In this document: one piece after another, positions 13,017 to 26,759 of the stretch | How positions within the stretch are numbered: the first letter of the stretch is position 1 | Layout of the letters: each line of letters begins with the position of its first letter | Source: Eledone cirrhosa | Lineage: Eukaryota | Reading direction: 5' to 3' | DNA: 64,000 nt | Assembly: GCA_964016885.1 (NCBI GenBank) | Contig: OZ024764.1 | Location: 26,102,001 to 26,166,000 of the forward strand | Position numbers and translations under genes: made by a program | Notes under the pieces: generated by a model | What the model was told of the DNA's origin: nothing | The model's input: the letters and a program-made list of their open reading frames with translations, nothing else | The model's database searches: none

Positions 13017-13141
13017 CTAAAGCCGGGTTGAAAAATCGTAAAAAGATGACAGTTCCTGTGGCAAGAATGCTGTCTGGAGGGAAACGAAGACTGATGGCGC
13101 AGTGAAGACAGTTACACATTGTACAGAGCTGGGGAGGGAAT
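13017..13141 (-). CDS. NF1: NF1 exon V containing the RasGAP FLR signature (FPPQLCTMC...GTVIFLRFFNPAL), 125 nt
   Basis: caccag| and |gtaaa; FPPQL and FLRF.NPA motifs. Confidence 0.93.
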
Positions 13142-13154
13142 CTGGTGGAATAGA

Positions 13155-14000
13155 GAGGCTGATGGTTATATGGGAGAGAGAGAGAGAGCTGGAGGTGATG
13201 GTTATGTGATAGAGAGAGAGAGAGGTGATGGTTATATGGGAGAGAGAGAGAGAGGAGGTGATGGTTATATATGAGAGAGAGAGCTGGAGGTGATGGTTAT
13301 ATGTGAGAGAGAGAGCTGTAGGTGATGGTTATATGTGAGAGAGAGAGAGCTGAAGGTGATGGTTATATGTGAGAGAGAGAGAGAGCTGAAGGTGATGGTT
13401 ATATATGAGAGAGAGCTGGAGGTGATGGTTATATATGAGAGAGAGCTGTAGGTGATGGTTATATGTGAGAGAGAGCTGTAGGTGATGGTTATATGTGAGA
13501 CAGAGCTGGAGGTGATGGTTATATGGGGGAGAGAGAGCTGGAGGTGATGGTTATATGTGAGAGAGCTGGAGGTGATGGTTATATGTGAGAGAGCTGGAGG
13601 TAATGGTTATATATGAGAGAGAGAGCTGGAGGTAATGGTTATATATGAGAGAGAGAGAACTGGAGGTGATGGTTATATGAGACAGAGCTGGAGGTGATGG
13701 TTATATGTGAGAGAGAGAGCTGGAGGTGATGGTTATATGTGAGAGAGAGAGCTGTAGGTGATGGTTATATGTGAGAGAGAGAGGAGGTGATGGTTATATA
13801 TGAGAGAGAGAGCTGGAGGTGATGGTTATATGTGAGAGAGAGCTGTAGGTGATGGTTATATGTGAGAGAGAGAGCTGGAGGTGATGGTTATATGTGAGAG
13901 AGATAGCTGGAGGTGATGGTTATATGTGAGAGCGAGAGAGGTGATGGTTATATGGGGGAGAGAGAGCTGGAGGTGATGGTTATATATGAGAGAGAGAGAG
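13155..14000. repeat. ~30-bp minisatellite (GA)n-gctggaggtgatggttatatgt abutting the exon V acceptor
   Basis: Directly visible. Confidence 0.93.
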
Positions 14001-14509
14001 AAATGATGGGTAGAGCACATAGGGTGGGGTTTAGATAAGAGAGGGGAGGGGTGATAGAGCTAGAATATGGCTGGGTGACCACAGGGGAGGGGCTGGGAGT
14101 GAGTATAGGTGGAAGAAGAAGAACTTTTCAAATCGGACCGAGGAAACAATGTTTCCGCTGGTCTTTCCAATTGCTAATACTATCTGTCGGTCGCAACTCC
14201 AGGTAGAAGGAGCAACGTGAAATAAAGTGTCTTGCTCAAAGACATAACACATCCCCCGGTCTGGGAATCAAACTCACAACCTCAAGATTGCGAATCTAAT
14301 TCTCTAACCACTCAGCCACGCGCCTTCACAAGCAATGTCAGTTCAAAAAAGCTGAAAGGAAACAAAATTTCAATAGGTCAAGTTAAGACTCCATTACAAG
14401 AACTCCAGATGTCCCACAGATGAGATGACACCAGGTCAAAACAGATGTGAATGGAATTTTTGCAGAGTCATGTGCACATGTATAGTTCTGCTTTGATGGC
14501 TGTTGTTGT

Positions 14510-15565
14510 TATTGCAGCTCACACCTATGTAGCTTTAGCTGATCTCCTACAAGGTTGTATCTCATAGGAGGTTTCTGGGGTGTTTTAATGATAGGGACCC
14601 CAGTCCTATCATGTTACAGTTCTCACCTATGTAGCTTTAGCTGGTCTCCTACAACGTTATATCTCATAGGAGGTTTCTGGGGTGTTTTAATGATAGGCAC
14701 CCCAGTCCTATCATGTTACAGTTCTCACCTATGTAGCTTTAGCTGGTCTCCTACAACGTTATATCTCTTAAGAGGTTTCTGGGTGTTTTAATGATAGGGA
14801 CCCAAGTCATATCATGTTGTTACAATTCACACCTATGTAGGTTCAGCTGGCCTCCTACATGGTTGTATCTCATAGGAGGTTTCTGGAGTGTTTTAATGAT
14901 AGGGACCCCAGTCCTATCATGTTACAGCTCACACCCATGTAGCTGGCCTTCTACAAGGTTGTATCTCATAAGAAGTTTATCAAGTATTTTATTGATAGAG
15001 ACCCAAGTCCTATCATGTTGTTACAGTTCTCATCTACGTAGTTTCAGCTGGCCTCCTACATAGTTGTATCTCATAAGTTTATCTGGTGTTTTAATGATAG
15101 GGACCCTAGTCCTATCATGTTGTTACAGCTCACACCTATGTAGGTTTAGCTGGCCTCCTACAAGGATATATCTCATAGGAGGTTTATCTGGTGTTTTAAT
15201 GATAGGGACCCTAGTCCTATCATGTTGTTACAGCTCACACCTATGTAGGTTTAGCTGGCCTCCTACAAGGATATATCTCATAGGAGGTTTATCTGGTGTT
15301 TTAATGAGAGGAGACCTAGTCATATCATGTTACAGCTCACACCTATGTAGGTTTAAATATCTTTCTACAGGGTTGTATATCATAAGAAGTTTATCAAGTA
15401 TTTTATTAATAGGGACCCCAGTCCTATCATGTTATTGTTATAACTCATACTTCGGTAGGTTTAACTGGCATTCGACATGTTGTATCACATAGGAGATTTC
15501 TCAGGTGTTTTAATGATAGGAACCCATGTCCTATCATTTTGTTATTACAGCTCACTCCTATGTAG
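14510..15565. repeat. ~102-105-bp diverged tandem repeat, ~10 copies
   Basis: Recurring atgatagggaccccagtcctatcat core, related to the SINE hairpin. Confidence 0.9.
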
Positions 15566-15624
<59 letters not shown>

Positions 15625-15867
15625 TATATATGTATGAATGAAGTAATTCCATCGGAAAAGTCCAGGAAAAAAGAGTGCTCTATGTAGGTAACAGAGCTTA
15701 ATTATTATTATTATGTAATAAACAACATAAGGCAATTATTTTTTTTTAAATCCAAATTCAATAAACAAACCAGGATTTTTTCATTCTGAGGATTGAAAGC
15801 AAAACCTTTTGCTTTTAAGAAACCACTGGTAAATGGAATAATTGCCTTATGTTGTTTATTACATAAT

Positions 15868-15908
<41 letters not shown>

Positions 15909-15959
15909 AAGAATGAAGAGTAACATGGTTGGCTGTACAACAAGGGGCTTTATTTCAGG

Positions 15960-16065
15960 TATTGACGATTGTTTCATTGATCAGGTGAGTCTAGAGGTTG
16001 CTAATCGCTTGAAGTTGCGTCATTCGATCTCCATTACATTATTTACCTCTGATCAACACATCAGA

Positions 16066-16068
<3 letters not shown>
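15960..16068 (-). ncRNA. Degenerate hammerhead-like motif with a very long stem II insert
   Basis: UAUU-CUGAUGU(A9 to U)-GUUGAUCAG...CUGAUCAAU-GAAA-CAAUCG-UC^AAUA; lies between (TA)n tracts. Confidence 0.5.
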
Positions 16069-16101
<33 letters not shown>

Positions 16102-16258
16102 TAAAGAAATTTCTAGCCTGATAGTGGGGTTTATAACCCCACTATCAGGCTAGAAATTTCTTTAGTCTAAAATACGGTGAAAGCTTATAATTTCTAATTT
16201 CAAACTCGCGCACCGTTTCAAAAACATACTTACATGTTTATTACGTTTATAATTTGTT

Positions 16259-16309
<51 letters not shown>

Positions 16310-16440
16310 TCCGTCTTTCTTTTTAACTGTGCTTAACACTAAATATTTATAAACATCTCACTACCAAACCAACTTCTTACATGAAAGTTGATCAATATTT
16401 ATGGTACGTCAAAATTATTTATAAAACTGCTTATATATTG

Positions 16441-16506
16441 TATTTTATCTGAAGAAGGCATGCCATATTTTTAATATGGTATCCCCGAAATATGTATAAT
16501 GAAATA
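16441..16506 (+). ncRNA. Type I hammerhead ribozyme, family B
   Basis: UAUUUUAU-CUGAAGA-AGGCAUGCCAUAUU-UUU-AAUAUGGUAUCCCC-GAAA-UAUGUA-UA^AUGAAAUA; first stem II pair is an A-C mismatch. Confidence 0.75.
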
Positions 16507-16928
16507 AATATGGTTTTATAAATATAGTTTCCATTTGTTTAATATCGTATATATATATATATATATATATCATCATCATCTAACAATGATAACAAAGGTA
16601 AGTTATTTTACATACCTCATTCATCGTTTCAGAAGGTTGAACATATGGATATATTGACTGATCTATAGCAGTTAGAGAACTGTATACTGTCAAACATAAT
16701 ATATGGGTTCGATAAGACCGTCTTCTTCAGAAACAATATGTAATATGTCAGGCTCTGTATCTGAAAGATTGACTCAGTGAAACACGGAACCAATCTCTGC
16801 ATCTCACTGAACGACTTGCTAACGGATTACTTTGAGTTCTAACTACGGTATAGACCCTACCACGAAAGGCAGACCACATTGTATAGGCTTATATATATAT
16901 GTATATATGAGTGGTTAGTCATTATCAA

Positions 16929-17687
16929 CCCTTTAATGTTCAAACCGGCCAAAACCGGCCAGAATTCTCTACCTTTTTCTGTTGAAACTGGCTGTAACTG
17001 GTCACTCATACTGATGTTAAGGTATTGTTCTTAAAATAAATACTTTCAAAATCTCATTGATTCGGTATTATGTGAGATATTATGTAAGGTAAAGCCTTTA
17101 CCATGAAAATACAATAGTATATATAGAGTAATGTAAATGTTATGTGAGATATTATGTGAGGTAAAGCCTTTACTGTGAAAATACAATAGTATATATAGAG
17201 TAATGTAAATGTTATGTGAGGTAAAGACTTTACTGTGAAAATACAATAGTATATATAGAGTAATGTAAATGTTATGTGAGATATTATGTGAGGTAAAGCC
17301 TTTACTGTGAAAATACAATAGTATATATAGAGTAATGTAAATGTTATGTGAGGTAAAGCCTTTACTGTGAAAATACAATAGTATATATAGAGTAATGTAA
17401 ATGTTGTGTGAGGTAAAGACTTTACTGTGAAAATACAATAGTATATATAGAGTAATGTAAATGCTATGTGAGATATTATGTGAGGTAAAGCCTTTACTGT
17501 GAAAATACAATAGTATATATAGAGTAATGTAAATGTTATGTGAGATATTATGTGAGATAAAGCCTTTACTGTGAAAATACAATAGTATATATAGAGTAAT
17601 GTAAATGTTATGTGAGATATTATGTGAGGTAAAGCCTTTACTGTGAAAATACAATAGTATATATAGAGTAATGTAAATGCTAAAGGG
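16929..17687 (+). mobile_element. Same piggyBac-type MITE with ~9 units of 72/60 bp
   Basis: CCCTTTAATG...GCTAAAGGG|TTAA. Confidence 0.8.
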
Positions 17688-18739
17688 TTAACGGGGAAGG
17701 GATTGAAACAGGAAAGATTATATTCTTCAGGAAATATGGAGAAAAATATACAAATAATAAAAAAAATAATACTAAAAAAAAACATGTTAAACAAATAAAT
17801 AACAAGATTAGTGGAGTTAGTAAGAAATAGAATCTTCTGGAATCTCACTTAATTCCAACAATCATCATCATCATCATCATCATTTGTGTTATTATTATAA
17901 AGTGCTGGATTGGCAGTGTCAGTAGAGGGTCGAACACCATGCTTTGCAGCATGGAGTTGTGGCACTTTACGATCCAAGTTCAAATTGCACTGAGGTTAAC
18001 TTTGCCTTTCATCCCTACAGGGTCGATAAAATAAAGTACCAGTAATGCACTGGGCTCGATTTAATCGACTTTACCTTCTCCCCAATTTGCTGGCCTCGTG
18101 CCTAAAGTAGAAAAAATTATCAGCGGGATTTGAACTCAGTACGTAAAGGGACGTAACTATGCCGTGAAGCTCTACCGATTTTGCCAATCCACTGCCCTAA
18201 CAATGGTTTCTTATATAGGCACAAGGCCAGCAATTTTGGGGGAGGGGAAAATCGATTAAATCAACCCCAGTGCGTGACTGGTAACTTTATTTTATCGACC
18301 CCGTAAGGATGAAAAGCAAAGTTAATCTCGGTGGGGATTTGAACAGAACGTAAAGGGCCGCAACTCTATGCTGCAAAGCATGGCGCCTGACCCTCTACTG
18401 ATACTGCTCTACGTTCGGCACAAGGCCGGCAATTACCCCAGTGCATTACTGGTACTTTAATTTTATCGACCCTGTAAGGATGAAAAGCAAAGTTAACCTT
18501 CGCGGGATTTGAACCCAGGCCGTAAAGGGGCGTAACTCCGTGCTGCAAAGCATGGCGTTTGACCCTCTACCGACACTGCCAATCCGCCATCCTAATAATA
18601 ATAATGATGATGATGATGATGATGATGATGATAATGATAATGTTAGAGCAACAACAATAACAGTTCAGCAGCAATACTGTCAGGCCAGCTGGAGCACATG
18701 GGTCAAGGTTAGTGAACAAGAGTGTTTGCATGTTGGACA

Positions 18740-20533
<1,794 letters not shown>

Positions 20534-20540
<7 letters not shown>

Positions 20541-20742
20541 AGATCAAAAGATGGTTAAAAGAGTTCCAAATATTTTATTATGCGCATTTCAAAAACAGAT
20601 ATCATCATGAGATGATATCTGCGTTTTCATCAGATAAAATAGGAATACATGATATGAAGGTTAAAAAACACTTGTGAATAGTGAAGTTTTAAATCAACAT
20701 ATCAACATATTTTATTGTACTACAATAAAACTCACCTCCTAC
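20534..20742 (-). mobile_element. Hammerhead-bearing short element, family A, solo arm
   Basis: Shares taatataagatcaaaagatggttaaaagagttcc and taaaactcacctcctac blocks with the other copies; (TA)n flanks. Confidence 0.7.
20571..20641 (-). ncRNA. Type I hammerhead ribozyme, family A (sense to NF1, solo copy)
   Basis: UAUUUUAU-CUGAUGA-AAACGCAGAUAUCAUC-UCAU-GAUGAUAUCUGUUUUU-GAAA-UGCGCA-UA^AUAAAAUA. Confidence 0.85.
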
Positions 20743-20789
<47 letters not shown>

Positions 20790-21063
20790 AATGTGTGACC
20801 ACAGTAAGTAAAATACTCAATACATAGTAGATTATACAATGGTTTCCTTTGAATGAAACAGTTCTAGTCCTGTAGAAGCCATTTCTATATTAAATATCAT
20901 ATATATATATATATATAAAGGTTTACATATACATAAAGTTATAGATATATATATGTTGCAACCGGTCACTTTTAAGCTCTATGAAGAATTAATAAATTAA
21001 ATAATCAGAGCAATATATCATAAATCATGTCCTTAGAATTATTAGATAAAATATATACTATTA

Positions 21064-21128
<65 letters not shown>

Positions 21129-22645
21129 GATATCCACGGTAAGTTGGGGAGCCTAGTCTGCATGAAGGACTCAATGTAATCCTTTGACAACAGCTGGTGA
21201 TATGCATGTAAGTAAATATTCTCCTTATCTGATATTTGGTAACTAACCTTACATAGATCGATAACGAAGTATAGCTACAATGTATTATCATCATCTAGAA
21301 ACGGTCGTAAAGCAGTGAAGTATATCTCTAATGACTTGATTTTTTTATTTCATTGTTTTAACTTATATATATATATATAGACAGACAAACTCTCGAGACA
21401 GACAAATTGTATTCACTTTAATTAGTTTATTTCATTGATAGCTAACTTTGTCTGTTACAATGCAAACACGTTTTGTGTTTATCATATATACTAATGTATA
21501 ACATGTATTTAACTGCTCGGAAATGCCTCTTTCTTGGAGCTGATTAATTGTAAACGACTGAGAGTTTAATCTCAAAATATAATATAGTATATTGCTCCTT
21601 AACTGTAGAGCTGATCTTTAATCCCGTATAAACGGCTGTTATTTCTAGCACCGGGAATGCGGGACGGCTAGTCTGGCTGGCTACACACACGTGTAGTCAG
21701 ACCTGCAAAATTTTTGATGGTGGAATGTACTAATTTTACTGGATTCCTGTTGATAAGCACAGAAGATTTGGATATTTCACTTTTTATTTCAATTCCATTT
21801 CGATTCTCTTTATTTTTCAATTCATGTACCATCGTTGCGAAACATATTTAGGTTTCGAAGTTCAAATTCATCTACGGAGCGGGTTTGGATTTTGAACTTT
21901 AGATTTGTCCAGGAATCACGGCTTTTGCCAATATAAGCTTGTCTTTATTGACTTATATCGAGACAGACAAATTGTATTCACTTTAGTTAGTTTATTTCAT
22001 TGATAGCTAACTTTGTCTGTTGCAATGCAAACACGTTTTGTGTTTATCATATATACTAATGTATAACATGTATATATATATATATATACACATATGCACA
22101 TATATACATACATACAATTAATATATACTGTACATGTGTCCCAGTTTTTAGAATGGGCTCCTAATATCCGTGTGTCGTAAGGGGCAACTAGATAGGTTGG
22201 TGTCAGGCTGTAAAACATTCTGTCCAACCCATGCCAGCAAGGAAAGGTTGACAGGAAAACGATGATGATGATGATGATACACACATATACATAACAATAC
22301 AGACATATACAGATAAGTGCATAATATACACATATTTATATATACAGGATAAATACAGCCATAAATGTGTACATAATATACACACATGAATGTGATAAAT
22401 AAATATATATATATATATATAGTAAATATACACACATGAATGTGATAAATATATATATATATATATAGTAAATATACACACATGAATGTAATAAATATAT
22501 ATATATATATATATATATAGTAAATATACACACATGAATGTGATAAATATATATATATATATATATAGTAAATATACACACATGAATGTGATAAATATAT
22601 ATATATATATATATATATAGTAAATATACACACATAGAGCTTTAT

Positions 22646-22710
<65 letters not shown>

Positions 22711-22872
22711 TATGGATATACATATATAATATGCACGTATTATATACACACATAGATATATATATACGATATGCCCACATATATATAGAGAGAGATAAAT
22801 GTAGATATATAGTATACACAAACATATGTATGTGTATATATATATATATATATATAGTAGACAAATATATTA

Positions 22873-22915
<43 letters not shown>

Positions 22916-24439
22916 CAGATAGTAGACACAAATATATGTATAATACACATACACAGATAGACAGAGAGATATATAGATATATAGATACATACATACATAC
23001 ATAATAAGCACACAAATATAGCTATATATGTAGCATACATATAGACATATACGTAACATATACAATATATAGAAATGGCTAGACACACATAAAGTCAACA
23101 CACATGCACATACATTGGTAATACAATCAATTATTTGATAAGATATATTCATATGATAATATATACAAATACTAATACCGTCTAACCCATGCTAGCATGG
23201 AAGAACGGACGTAAAACGGTGATGATGATGATTATGATGATGATATCTGCAATGAATTTTAATATTTCGGACTGTTAATCTCATGCTCAAATATATTTGA
23301 AAGGATTTTTCTGTTTTGTCAGGACAAAATACACCCAGTACACTCTGTAAAGTGGTTGGTGTTGTGAAAGGGCATCCAGATATAGAAACCATACCAAAAC
23401 AAAGGGATAAAAGGAGTCTTTTCTTAGAAGGACACGAAAATGTCCCTGGTGATCGTGTCAGGACAAAATACACCCAGTACACTCTGTAAAGTGGTTGGTG
23501 TTGTGAAGTGGAAGGGCATCCAGATCTAGAAATCTGCCAAACAAAGGGTGATGAGTCTTCAGTTGTGTGAAGGACATGAAAACCTTCCTCTTGATCGTCC
23601 CTTGATAAAATACACCCAGTACACCCTGTAAATTATATACTGATAGGAAAGGGATCGACCTGTATAACATCAAGCAAGATATATATATGCTTCCATATAT
23701 TCCTCGGTTGTGAATCACTGTGTTAGTACTACTGCTATTTAATACCAGGTTGTCATGGTACCAAGCAACATCATTAGAGAAATTGTTAAATAATAATGAA
23801 AATTATTGTGTACAGTGCTCAGGTGCACTACAACTCATCAAAGGTGCATGTATAGTACATAGAATAATGTACAAATGTCAGGAAAGTGAACAGTGTATGA
23901 GTCATGATATACATACAGATACATACATGTGTATGTATGGAGGGGGAACATGAGGTGTGGTGTTGGCGAATTTCGGGAAGTATGGAAGGACTCCCTACTC
24001 TACATTACATCCAACCAATTTTCAGAGTGTACTCGGTGCATTTTATTCTAGCACTGGATGTCAATATTCTTTTTTTTTAATATTTTATCTCCTAGAAAAT
24101 ATCTAAAAATGTGTTTGTTAATTCAAATGTTTGTAATATCTTAATTAGTCGACAGATTGTTGTGAAAAATTTATAGTATTAAAGGAAAATCTTCAATTCT
24201 TAATGAGATAAAGTCATAGTGCTGTTTTATATTTTTCAAGAATGTCTTGCTAATGTGGTTTCATGTGGTACATTAAGAGTTAAAAGTCCGAAAAATTATA
24301 ATTTTTTAAAAATACATAATGAAAAACTGGACATATATATGAGAGGAAATATATAAATTTAACGTGTTGTGCATATATACGGTTTAACTCTGAACATCTT
24401 GCAATGATTTAGCAGAAAATGTTTAAAGACAGTTTTGTT

Positions 24440-24880
24440 AATTCAAATATTTATAGTATCTTTACTAGTGGACAGATTGTTGTGAAAATTTACAGTATTA
24501 CAGTAAAGACTTTAATATTTAATGTGATGTAGTCATAGTGTTGTTTTGTACTAAATGTTTATAGTATCTTTACTAGTGGACAGATTGTTGTGAAAATTTA
24601 CAGTATTACAGTAAAGACTTTAATATTTAATGTGATGTAGTCATAGTGTTGTTTTGTACTAAATGTTTATAGTATCTTTACTGGTAGACAGATTGTTGTG
24701 AAAATTTACAGTATTACAGTAAAGACTTTAATATTTAATGTGATGTAGTCATAGTGTTGTTTTGTACTAAATGTTTATAGTATCTTTACTGGTGGACATA
24801 TTGTTGTAAAATCTTGCAGTATTTCAGTATAGACTTCAATTTGTAATGTGATGTAGTTATAGTGATGTTTTGTATTTTTA
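24440..24880 (+). repeat. 108-bp repeat, ~4 copies; inverted relative to 61700-62825
   Basis: gacagattgttgtgaaaatttacagtattacagtaaagac... periodicity 108. Confidence 0.9.
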
Positions 24881-25927
24881 AAAAACTGTCTTGCTAATGC
24901 AGTTTGATGTGGTACAGGATGTTAAGAGTTGACATATGAATGCTGTTTAATTTTAAGATTTTCTCTTAAAATGAAATTAAACCATGACTGTGGTATGAAT
25001 TAGACAGCAACAACAAACAACAACAATAAGCATTTAAAGCTTTTCATAACAGTATTTCTAATGAAATACTCTCTAGTTCAATTAATTACTGAAGGATTTT
25101 GTGGGATTTAGTTAAATTAATAATTATTTCATTACTAAGATAGCAACATAACATGGTTCTTATATAAGATTATGTTGGAAGGTTTTAATTTAAATAAGAG
25201 TGGGGAGACCCAAGAAGATCTGGGATGAGGTGATAAAAGCCGACCTTACCCAATTACACCTCTCAAAGGCGATGACACACGACCGTGACCTCTGGCGTCA
25301 TGCAGTAATAGAGAAGACCCGACCCCCCACGGGTACGAGCCGAAGTTGAAACATATAGACAATATGCCCGCACCCCTCCCACTGCAAAGTGGTCGTGGAG
25401 GTGCCACGGCAAAAAAGCACCCAGCCCACTGTAAAGTGGACGTGTAGGCGCCACAGGAAAAAAGCACCCAGCACTCACTGTAAATGAGGTTGGTGTTAGG
25501 AAGGGTATCCAGCTGTAGAAATCAAGCCAGAATCAGTTCCCATATGAGCAAGACATGGTCAGCCGACCAGACACTGCCCACGACAGGACAACCTGTCTAA
25601 CCCATGCTAGCGTGGAAGAACAGACATAAAATGGTGGTAATGATGTTGCTGAAGAACCCTTTAAAACAGGTGGTTTTATTTCATAGCACCAGAGATGGTT
25701 TTGGCTGGGTTGGTAAGATAGTAACTTAATATATCTTATTTAAAATCATGTTGGAAGATTTTAATTCAAATAAGAACCCTTTAAAACAGGTGATTTTGTT
25801 TCATAGGACCAGAATTAGTCTTGGTCTGGTTGGTACTAAATAATTATTTCATTACTAAGATAGTAATCTTTACATGGCTCATATAAAATTATGCTGAAAA
25901 GTTTTAACTTAAATAAGAACCCTTTAA

Positions 25928-26358
25928 CCCTTTAGCATTTAAACCAGTTATATCTGGCCAGAGTTCTCTCACCCCTTTCAGTTCAAACCAGCCGTAACTG
26001 ACCACTCATACTTATGTTAAGGTATTGTTCTCAAAATAAATAACATCAAAATCTCATAGATTCGATATTATGTGAGATAATTATGTGAGGTAAACCCTTT
26101 ACCATGAAAATACAATAATATATATAGAGTAATGTGAATGCTAAAGGGTTAAACTGGCCATACCCGGCCAGAATTATCTCACCTCTTTCTGTTCAAACCA
26201 GCTGTAACTGGCCACTCATACTCATGTTAAGGTATTGTTCTCAAAATAAATAACATCAAAATCTTGTAGATTCGATATTATGTGAGATAATTATCTAAGA
26301 TGGAGCCTTTAGCACTAAAATACAATAGTGTATATAGAGTAATGTAAATGCTAAAGGG
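25928..26358 (+). mobile_element. Same piggyBac-type MITE, unexpanded ~220-bp form in tandem dimer
   Basis: TTAA|CCCTTTAGCATT...GCTAAAGGG|TTAA at 25928-26148, second copy to 26358. Confidence 0.8.
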
Positions 26359-26666
26359 TTAACCAAGATAACCCCTAGCTTGTTGTGACCTAGGAGTAGG
26401 ACAGATTTTAAACTTTTTTTCTTTCTTTATTTCTTTAAAACTTATTTTCAAAAGATTTTATTGTTGTTGTTGTTGTTGCTGTTGTTGTTAAGAAGATGTC
26501 ACATATAGATAAACGATGGCTGAAGGAGAAGCAAGTCGAGAAGGGGGGGGGCAGGGGGGAGGGAACGAAGGGGCCACTCTCCTAGAGGCAGACCCAACGA
26601 TGGTTGATGTGTATAGGTGAAGGAGGGCCCAGTAAGGAAAGGAGAAAGAAAGGGAGGGCCACTTAC

Positions 26667-26759
26667 CTGGAGGCAGACCCAACGATAGCGTTGAACACTT
26701 TCTGAGTAATAATCATAAGATTCTTTTTATTGTCATCAATATTCTCTGTTGATTCAAGC
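26667..26759 (-). CDS. NF1: NF1 exon U (LESTENIDDNKKNL...FNAIVGSASR), 93 nt
   Basis: tctag| and |gtaagt; phase 2/2; resembles human LEPSESLEENQRNL...FHAII. Confidence 0.94.

Noticed and set aside
21190-21315. CUGGUGA...GAAA-CGGUCG-UA motif
   Set aside because: Core is mutated and stems I and II could not be paired convincingly.
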